Source of the DNA: Octopus vulgaris
Lineage: Eukaryota
Assembly: GCA_951406725.2 (NCBI GenBank)
Contig: OX597826.1
Span: 40,300,001-40,364,000 of the forward strand
Length of the DNA: 64,000 nt
Reading direction: 5' to 3'
The notes beneath the pieces are model-generated. The model saw only the letters and a list, made by a program, of their open reading frames with translations. It did no database searches and was not told where the DNA came from. Numbering within the stretch: the first letter of the stretch is position 1; each line of letters begins with the position of its first letter. The position numbers and the translations under genes are program-made. Positions 54,560-64,000 of the stretch are shown one piece after another.

Positions 54560-55480
54560 TCTACAAGAGGAGTCGGGGTGGATGTAGATGATCAGTATTC
54601 TACAGTGAAACAAAGAGGAGTACAGGCAACTAGAGTCAATATTGGATTCTATAACACTGTTAACTCTGTTAAGTATGTTTGCAAATATATAAAGAAATAT
54701 TTAAATGCTGCAACATACACACTTATTCAGAATGACTGTCAGCAGATAAATAAAAACGTCGGGGATGCGCAGTATCTTGGTGCTTCTTGGTGAATCTTCA
54801 ATTTTCCCTCATGTGAGGCACCCAGCCATCATTCATCTGAGGGTCCATCTAGGGAATGGGCATACGGTTATCTTTACAAAACAAACAGCTTTGCAACAAG
54901 CACTTTCTCCAAAAGAACTGCCCTTACTACCTTTTTAAAGTTGTGTCAAGTAGAAGATTCAAGAAAACTACCCACAATTACCCAAGTATTACAACAGGAG
55001 AAACAATAAATGACACAAGAGGAAACGGGCTGATACTCTTGCAAGAGCTTACAGTGCCCCCCTCCCCAAGCTAAATAGAATGCTACTATTTAGGACTTCT
55101 TTTGCATGAAGAATGTGGTTCCAAATCATTCAAAGCTTCGAGGAAGTAAATGGTCATGTGTGTGCAAATCATGGGGAAGCATGCTGTCAACAATGTTTTG
55201 TTTAGAAAATGATGTGCATTGGAACCTTGCATCGACTGAAGCATCAATGTCAGATTCTCCATGGGAACTCCGTAACTTTTTTGCAATTATACTGAATATA
55301 TGTCAATTTGACAGTCCCCTACAGCTTTGGATGGAACATTGTGAGGACATGGCTGAACCCAGATATCAATATTCAGTTCTCTGAAACAACTTTTAACCAA
55401 GCACAGATTGAAATTGAGGATCGATCAAGTTTTGGCCATCGGGGCAAAAATTTACAAGCGTCTGGTTCTGGACAGACAAA
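54560..55480 (+). mobile_element. Decayed Helitron Rep-Helicase fragment
   Basis: RVNIGFYNTVNSVKYVCKYIKK (Rep motif III, KYxxKYxxK), then IFNFP, HPAIIHLRVHLGNG, ECYYLGLLLH, LENDVHW..EA..SPWELRNFFAIIL..PLQLW in Helitron order. Confidence 0.9.
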
Positions 55481-55504
55481 ACAAACCGCCGGGTGCCTCT
55501 GCTA

Positions 55505-55544
<40 letters not shown>

Positions 55545-55584
55545 GATCATTGGAGCTCTACATATAGACACATGCATTCACAAT

Positions 55585-56470
55585 TTTTGGGGTACTTCCA
55601 CAAAGAATATCCCAATTCCACCCAGGGATTTTCACATGGAGCTAATACTACAGAAGACAAACGCATTTATTGTTTGAATAGGTGGGGGCTCTCTTCTACG
55701 ACATCAAATCTAATACTTCTAACCCTCCCAGGGAGCAAGATTATTTTAAACTAAGCACTTACAAGAATCCACCTCTTGACGCTTCACTGGCTAACTTCGA
55801 AAAGGATCTCCTTCAAATGATAAAAAATATCAAGTTCTCTAATAAGACTGACTCGTTGCAGAACAACCACTCCAGGATTATCTCTATGATAAATACTTCT
55901 CCACTTCTACACATTTTTTTCGGATAAAACTGGGAAATGAAATTCTTCCTAGTTGATACCTGTACAAACCTCACTTCTAAGGAACGAAGTAGAAATTGTT
56001 AACCCATAGAAATGCTCTCAAGTACATTACAATCTCCATTGAAAGCTCATGACAGACTTCGAATTACTAGATAGAACTGAACTATGCACATGTAACGACT
56101 ACTACCTACACTTCAAACTAAAGGATCGTAAATCCAACTACTCCATCAAATCGCCTATTGCATTAATTCACCCCACAAAATCAGATTTAGTTAGCATTAG
56201 CAAATACATTATCGATCGAGTTACACGTTTAGTTAGGAATTAACTTAAGCTACCAATTTTAATTGTACTTATAACGTCATCTCTTTGGTCCACTCCATTT
56301 CGAATAAGTTTCGTACACACTATCTTCAATTTGATATTTCCAACTACTACGGCTCCATATCGTCAATTTTATTAAATAAGACATCCACAAGAGAAGATAT
56401 CGATATCATTCCGGCGGCTAGGAAAAACAGTGTTACATTTCAGTTATAATTACTGGGTCGGCAATTCGTC
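55585..56470 (+). mobile_element. Decayed Penelope-like element, N-terminal and RT region
   Basis: STKNIPIPP..LILQKTNAFI, ALFY..KNPP..LANFEKDLLQMIKNIKF, DKT, LKDRKSNY..ALIHPTKSDL..ISKYIIDR, LQFDISNYYGSIS. Confidence 0.88.
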
Positions 56471-56540
56471 TGTGGATCTATAATTGCATGTCTTGTGCCA
56501 AAATTTTAAATCTATATATGTATATACATATATACACGTG

Positions 56541-56572
<32 letters not shown>

Positions 56573-56638
56573 CACAAATATATACATATGTGCTACATGT
56601 ATGCCTATACATACATACACACATACATACATACACAC

Positions 56639-56687
<49 letters not shown>

Positions 56688-57317
56688 TAGAAGGGTGTAT
56701 ATATTCGATGAATAATGAATGCTTCGTTGGATTAGAGGTAAATATCCAAATTAATGTTGCTCATCATTCCATCTGTATAATAATGTACATCTGTCTCCCT
56801 CCATTATATTATATTTAATTAAGGAATCCAATATTCCATATGTAGTTGATTATTATATACTATTCTACATACATATCTTGAGGTGATAAAAAATTATATT
56901 GTGGCTTCTGTATTTTGATTTTCTTTATAATCGTCATCTTCATCAAATTAGCTGTTTTCTTTACATCTAGTTATGAGTTGTTTTTTTTTATTTTATTATT
57001 AGTTCTACTATTCTAAACTGGGCTTTTCTATTTTGCACGTCATATCAGTTTCACCGAAACCTAAATATCTGTTCGGATAATTTTGTTGTAAATCTGTGAT
57101 TGCAGTGTTGGATCTAAATTTATGTTTCCAAGTTCACATAATTAGTTATATCTTACGATATCTTTCGCATAAATTCTGATAACTGACAAAGTCTCTTTGT
57201 AAGATTCTGTGGGGTTCATAATCGATTTCCTATTATGATTATTTCACTTCTTTATTCACCGTGTCACAAGCAATACTGTAATTACTTTGATTACGTACAA
57301 TGCTTTCTTTCGTATTT

Positions 57318-57464
57318 GTCTTCTTCTGCTACTACTACTACTATTAGTTTGTCTTCTTCTTCTTCTTCTTCGTCTTCTTCTTCTTCTTCTTCTTCTTCTT
57401 CTTCTTCTTCTTCTTCTTCTTCTTCTTCTTCTTCTACTACTATTAATAGTAGTAGTGGTAGTCA

Positions 57465-57496
<32 letters not shown>

Positions 57497-57526
57497 GCAC
57501 CAGTAGTAGTAGTAGTAGTAGTAGTA
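57318..57526. repeat. Compound (CTA)n/(CTT)n/(AGT)n/(AGC)n microsatellite
   Basis: Directly visible. Confidence 0.96.
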
Positions 57527-57899
57527 AATTGTTTAGAGTGCCGAGTATGGTATGAGTGAATGAAAGTGATATAAAGAATGTCTATAGATTGGTGACCGTG
57601 ACCCCTAACATAGGTACGCTCCAAAAAAGGGCGAGTACTTACGTTAGGAGGTCATGGGTCACGTTGATCGTAGTTTTTGTGGGATTTCTATCAGTAACCT
57701 TGAAATCTTCTTGTTGAGAATTTCTTTTTTCAAATTTGTTATTATTTGTTATGGATGTTTCTCTTTTTTACCGTTGTTAAATAAACCTGTAGCGTCCTCG
57801 TTCTTTTCGTCAACCTTTTCGGTTCCAAAAGAAAGTTCTATTACTACTGCTACTATTATTATTTCTTTTAAATCTGCATGTCTGATACAATCATTTGCC

Positions 57900-60050
57900 C
57901 TAATCCTAACCCAGTGCTCAAGGACAAGTGAAGATTAAGAGATGTTTAAATATAACTGTCATCTTGAAGGGAGTAGGGAGAGAAGTACTGAAATACAGTC
58001 ATATAATACAACACAAATATTTCAATTGATAGGGATGTTCTTAGAATTTTGGTTATGTTTGTCAACACAATTTTTTGATTTCTATGAGATATGGTTCTCC
58101 TGGGATATTGTCGATATTTCTGATATCCCAGTTTTTTATCACACCTAGGCTACCTACAATAACAGGAAGAGTTTTGCTTTTAGATACATCTTTTCTATTT
58201 CAATTTCCAGGTCTTCATATATACCCACCTTGACAAATTCCTTTACAGATATATTTACATCAATAGGGACACTTACATTAAACATTATTTTCTCTGTCTT
58301 TAATAATAATCTCGTCGGTTAGTCTGAAATGCTCTGTTAGTGTAGACTGTGAAATCCTAGAGGAAGGTGACATTTTTATCTTCAACCACTGGATAGTGTT
58401 CATATGCTTAACAAGGGTGTCGATTTGGTAGTGCTTGCACATTTTTCAGTGTAAAATTTGTCTTCCCTACATTGGAGAACATCATAGTCATTTGGTGTTA
58501 GCACAGGATGTGTATTAGTAAACAATCTTTGGTCTTGTGCCGCCAGTATGCAGCTTTCAGTCTCTACTTCCAATCATGAACACCTCGGTCGTTGATGGGT
58601 TTTTGCTTGGTCTAAATCAGCATTTTTACTTCAAAGAATATATTCTCTCTACAGGATCATCTAGCTCGACCGCTCTTCAGTTTGTTCCTGCTCATTCTAT
58701 TAAGGTATCTGTTTGATTTGTTTTGCTTGCTTAGTAACACAGGTTTCGGGTCCTTCATCTAATTCAGAGTTAATTTTAAGTTCCTTTGCAAATTTACAAG
58801 CTTCTTTGACAATAGAATGCTCCTTTTTGCTGCTGTCATGATCGTATACAATCCGCAACATTGAATCCTCTAGTGGGGGTCTATAGCAGTTTACCCATTG
58901 CATCAGGTAGATACACACGGTCAATATCAGCCTTACGGTGGTGAATGTTATTAAATGCTAATAATTTTCTTGTCTTTCTGATCATGCGTTAAAGTGCTGT
59001 TGGATTCCAATTCAGGGTACTAAAACTGTGCTGGATGACTAGAATTTCCAGGGTGTTAATGGATTCGATGTGATTTTCAGATTTAAGTTCAGTCTTCAAT
59101 ACTAGTCATGCTGCTACAGTATTCCTTTCTTATTTTTTCTTCCATAGTCATCTTCATTTATTCTCAGGTATTTATAATTTTCTTGTGGGTCAAGTTCCTT
59201 GATGGTAATGTCGATATCTAATTTAATGGACGTTGTTTGTCTGAGCTTGCCTCTTACAAAAGTTGCTTAAGCACACTTGCCGAGGTCAAAATCCACTCCG
59301 ATGTCAATGCTAACTACTTTAACAGTAGTAAACAAGCCTTTCTGTTTCCTAGTGTCTCTGTTTTGTGAGAATCTGGCGACGACAGGAGGGATCTTATATA
59401 TGTGAAGTAACCATTTATGTGGGACACTATCAATCGCTTTCCTGTATTCTATACATGCCCTACACAGATTTTTATTTCTGTGGCAATATTCTAAAACCAT
59501 AATATTTATGAGAAATTGGTCATTGCACCCTTGGGAATTTCTTTTACTGCCTTGTTGAGCTTGTGGAATGATAGAGTTCTACTCAAAAAAAGAATAAATT
59601 GTTTCAGTTATTGCAGATGTGAAAATCTTGTAATTGGTATTGAGACTTGTTATTGGTCGGTAATTTTTCGGGATACTGTATCATCAGAGTTTGATAGTAA
59701 GTTAGTTCCTTCAGTCAACCAGGTATGTATTTGCTCTGGCTTCTGAATGATATTAGTTAGAGACAGAGTAAGATTTTCGTATACTTTTGTAAAAAAAAAA
59801 ATGCAGCCGGAAATTGGGGATCCGGTGTAGAATTGGGAGATTTTAGGAGCACGCCCTAGAATTTTGTTCCAATTGCCTCCCAGTCCTCTTCTTCACATTC
59901 GACCAGTCTCCCTTTCTCGTGTTCTATACAGTCATCTTCACCATTAAACTCTTCTTCCTTGCTCCATATCTTCTTCTATAACCCGTCCACTTCCTCAATT
60001 TTCGGTGATTCCCTTACCTCTGTCTTACTTTGGTCAATTTCCCAATAGAA
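57900..60050 (-). mobile_element. Longest R4/Dong-like LINE relic (RT to RLE), decayed
   Basis: Minus strand: ACIEYRKAIDSVPHKWL (RT), QENYKYL, LKTELKSENHIESINTL, IVKEACKFAKEL, ETESCILAAQDQ, YEDLEIEI, PVIVGSLGVIKTG. Confidence 0.9.
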
Positions 60051-60106
60051 TATATTATTATAATATATAATAATAATAATCATAATGATGATGATGATGA
60101 TATCTT

Positions 60107-60460
60107 CATGCAATACCGTGCACTGGCTCTCAGGACTTCATAGCTGTGATGAGAGTAATTCTTTGGGGTGTGAATAATACACCTCTGGAAACGTGGGTGC
60201 TCCGTTCAACATCCTTAAACAACCCTTATTCAGGGACCTTTAGAGTGGGATGGGCTATTCGACCGGAAGAAATTTCTTACTGGGCCCCCATCTGCAAGGT
60301 CATGCACTGTTCATCTTCATATAAGATTATCATGTGCGCACAAATGGTCGTGATGCATGTGCCTGGTGTACCCTTATCAGACGCGTAGTCATGATAGGTA
60401 TAATTGGGCTTCGTATATTTGTACCCCAGTGTCACTTTAATAGCATGCGCTGCTCTCGCA
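60107..60460 (+). mobile_element. Family D retroposon with internal deletion
   Basis: Both termini match 30372-30926 but the segment equivalent to ~30410-30600 is missing; flanked by (AAT)/(GAT) repeats. Confidence 0.88.
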
Positions 60461-62443
60461 ATAATAATGATAATAAGTCAGTCAGCTGGCAGAATCCTAT
60501 CAGCGTCTACATTTTTATGCATTGCGGTATTTCGTCGTTGTCATTATTCGAAGACTAGCTTTGGTTTTCATACTTCTGGAATCTATGAAATAAAGTTTCA
60601 TTCAACTAATGAAATTGATGATACTGATTAACCCTTAGAATTGCTCATCTTGCGTCTAAATCAGAAGCAATTATTATTAATGGCACGTTAATTTTGGAGA
60701 AATCTTTATTTTTGTAATTACTACCTTTATCATTAGCTTTCGTAGTAACTGCCACGGGGTGATTTCTGAAAGCAGAGACAATTGCAATAATCAAGGAGTT
60801 ATCCAGTAAATAGTTAATATAACTGTTTTTGTCTTTGTTGTTCAAATAGATGCCAGTAACGACAGTTATTGTTCTTAGCTAATGGTCATTTTATTCCTAT
60901 ATTTATATGTGCGTATGTGCATGAACGTTTGTGTACATAAATATATATGTGCGTCAGCATTTGCGTGTGTGCGTGCATATGTGTGTGTGTGTGCATGTTC
61001 CTATGTGTGTGGAGGTGTATGTGTGTGGGAGTTGGGGATTGAGTGATTTTAGCATTCGTTGCCACTGTTCTATTAGGCAACATCAGTGGGATTAATGTTG
61101 ATATTACAGCCAAAATTGCTATCTTTAAGAGTTGTTCGTCATTATTCAAGTAGTCTTTTGTGCGGTTAGTGTATATATGTTATACATTAGTGTATAAATA
61201 TTGTATATTAATGTATGTGCTGTGCTTGAATAATATCACATACATTAGTGGATACATGTTGTATATTAATGTACGTGATGTGCTTGAATATCACAGACAT
61301 CTTTAAACAAATCTTTTGTGAGAAATTCTGTAAAGTATATATTTTTTTACCAAGGTTTTCCTGTATAGTGGTTGTATTTTGTAGTTCATTCTATAGAGCG
61401 AAAGAGAGAAATGGTATGGCCAATGTAACTGTTGAAACAATTTTCGCCTTCATATAGAAATATTTAAATACTATTCGTCATCAGCAGGTTGCTCACAGAC
61501 CGACAGTCTTGTGAATTTTATTGGTAAATAGTATTAATTTTTAGTGTTCCTTTGTAGTATATTATTAGTATCCAGTGCACTAAACTTATATTAAGTGAAT
61601 ACTAAAATGAAGCATTTTTTGATCAAGAACAGATCAGATGGGTGTAATCCCCTAACAAAGATAATATTTTACTAATTTAATATACAAATCTTCTTAGTAT
61701 CGTTAAGTATGTAAAGTTCACGATTCTAACAGATATAATGGTTTTACAGAGACGACATGCTTCAACAGGATCACCATGACATTACAACAAAGTACATTTG
61801 TAATGCACTGCATAACAAAACACAATACAAAATATTTAGGAACATTGCCTAAAAAACATTTCTTATCTCAACACATCATATTCCTAAAACTAAATACAAA
61901 TGTAGATTTTATGAGCCAACCACAAAAACAAAACTCGTGTCAAATAAATCTAACGGACAACGCTGAAATCCTGATGGTAATGTCAGCAAAAATCACAAAA
62001 GCTCTGTCTACTACAAAAATTCCATATAAATTCCAACCCACAATAAATTCACTTTATCAGATGTCGCCGAAGACGTCTAGAATCAGGATAGTCATTTGCG
62101 GATTCTGCTGTAAAAAGATAAATACTTCACGGAACTCGTGTTTGAAAGACTATGATAACACAGTCGTGTTTTCAATACAAGATTAGAACAACAACTGTTT
62201 CCATAGTTAAATAGACATGAAGAGAATGAGTCTGTAAATGACATAGGGTAAAATTAATGAAGCTAAATGTTTAGATAGCTATGTACGTCTGCTTTTAATG
62301 GCGAATATAAACTCTACAGCCAAGATATATACACTCACATACACACACGCATACACACACACACACACAAATATATATACACATGTAGATGTGTGTGTGT
62401 ATATATATACAGATAGATATGTAAATAGCTAGTTAGATAGATG

Positions 62444-62476
<33 letters not shown>

Positions 62477-63274
62477 TTGATGTATATATATATGTACGTA
62501 TATACAATGAGAACGTTGTTGTTTTTGCTTTTTATTTAAATTTCTTTTTCAATTTCCTTGAGAGTTAATAGGATATTGAAAGTAGATTTCCTTCGATCAT
62601 CCTTGCTGAAATATGTGATATTCTGTCAACTATTGATAAAAATTCAGTGTAATTTGTTTTTGATATATATATATATATATCTTTTTCTAAATACTTTTTA
62701 AAACTTTTCTGCTTTCATCTATTATTACACGTCGTGCGTTGATTGTTAGAAAGAATTTAATGGAGAAGGGAAGCTTTTAAATGCTTTCAGACTGTTGATT
62801 TGCGTTTCCTCACGATCATTTGTCTAGCGATGATAGTATTTACTTCATTACTAAGCATTGTTTTCCTTTCTGTATAATCTTAGAACCGTCAAAGCAGGCT
62901 TGAAATCATCTGCGTGGCTTTCCTTCTGTTTAAAACCCTGCCAGTGTCGACTCTGAATTTCGTTGCTCTGCCTTCGGGATCTGATAAATTAACCAAGTAC
63001 TGCAATAATATTCACCAAATATACGCTGCCTTAGCTTTTGTTCCGCCATATAAGACACGAAAATGGGCTCACCATTAAATTTTGTACTCAACTTCCTGAT
63101 GGAGTGGTAAAGTTTCGTTTCTAGCACACAGCGGGTTGTTGGCATCCTTCTCCATGTTGGCATCCTTCTTCAGAAATGGAAACAAACAGAAAGACACTAG
63201 AGAGATGAAGAACTTTAGAAAGAAATTGAAATGTTGATCTCCTTACAGGACTGGTTCTCTATTTCCCGTCTTCA

Positions 63275-63390
63275 GAATGGTGAAACGCAAAGTTGACCTC
63301 GATGGAATTTGATCATAGACTGCAGGAATCTGGGGCGAATACTGAAAAGCAATGTATTCGACAATCTAAGGACTCGGACAATTGGGGCTC
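63275..63390 (-). mobile_element. Old degenerate SINE family B
   Basis: TGAAACGCAAAGTTGACCTCGATGGAATTTGA. Confidence 0.6.
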
Positions 63391-64000
63391 ATAATGAATG
63401 AGTATGTTCAATTGAATACACATCATTTCGCTCTATTAAAATATAGACGTACAGTTTCAATGGGGTGATTTTTAGTTGCACTCTCCTTCAGTTTTCAGCC
63501 TACTGTAATAAAGAGGTACCGTTAATTCTATCATTAGATTTCATGAAGCAGTATATAGTGTAAATTAGCTTTAAATGTCTACGCTGTATGCCTGGTATCG
63601 TTCTTCGCTTGCTGCTATTGAACCTCTTAATACCAACTGTATCTCTCGATGTCAATGTCCGACCAGTCTTGGGAGATTCTTCAATTGCAATCTGGCTATC
63701 CAAAAGAGTGTTGAGGATCACATTTGGTAATGTCAAGTAATATCATTCTAGCTGCAGTAATGATTTTGCATTTATTTCGATGGAATATGTAATTTATATG
63801 TAACTACAGAAGGCATATCTAATAATGACAGAAAGGTTAGTGCTTAAATAGTTAATGTATAATTGGTCGAAACTTAATTTAGTTTTCATTCTCGAATTTT
63901 GTTTTTCCTGAAGACGATCCTTTTAAATTTATTGCTCGTAAAATCTGTATTCTAATCATATAGTATTTAAGGTGGCAAAGTTTAAACTAAGCTTGCCGAA

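Overview
AT-rich eukaryotic (metazoan) genomic DNA saturated with microsatellites and decayed transposable elements. The SINE and microsatellite landscape resembles an octopod cephalopod genome; this is an inference from pattern recognition, not a database result. No intact protein-coding gene, rRNA, true tRNA gene or CRISPR array can be supported, and nearly all ORFs in the supplied track are microsatellite read-through. Recognisable content: three tRNA-derived SINE families (two family-C copies and one family-B copy have clean TSDs), an (AAT)n-associated non-autonomous retroposon, R4/Dong-like RLE LINE fragments, CR1/L2-group and possible Tx1-like fragments, three Penelope-like element (PLE) fragments, a mariner relic, a Helitron relic, several foldback/MITE-like palindromes and a 19-bp minisatellite. 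The best second-look items are: (i) small type-I hammerhead ribozyme motifs on the minus strand, one with an intact catalytic core (53346-53387); (ii) a PLE fragment with a twin-priming-like 5' inversion bracketed by inverted repeats; (iii) paralogous minus-strand exon-like segments with a synonymous-biased substitution pattern, suggesting an old duplicated and largely decayed host gene; (iv) a duplicated ~500-bp non-coding element with TATA/E-box/GATA motifs; (v) an internally duplicated coding-like AT-rich segment of unknown origin. Boundaries of degraded elements are approximate.
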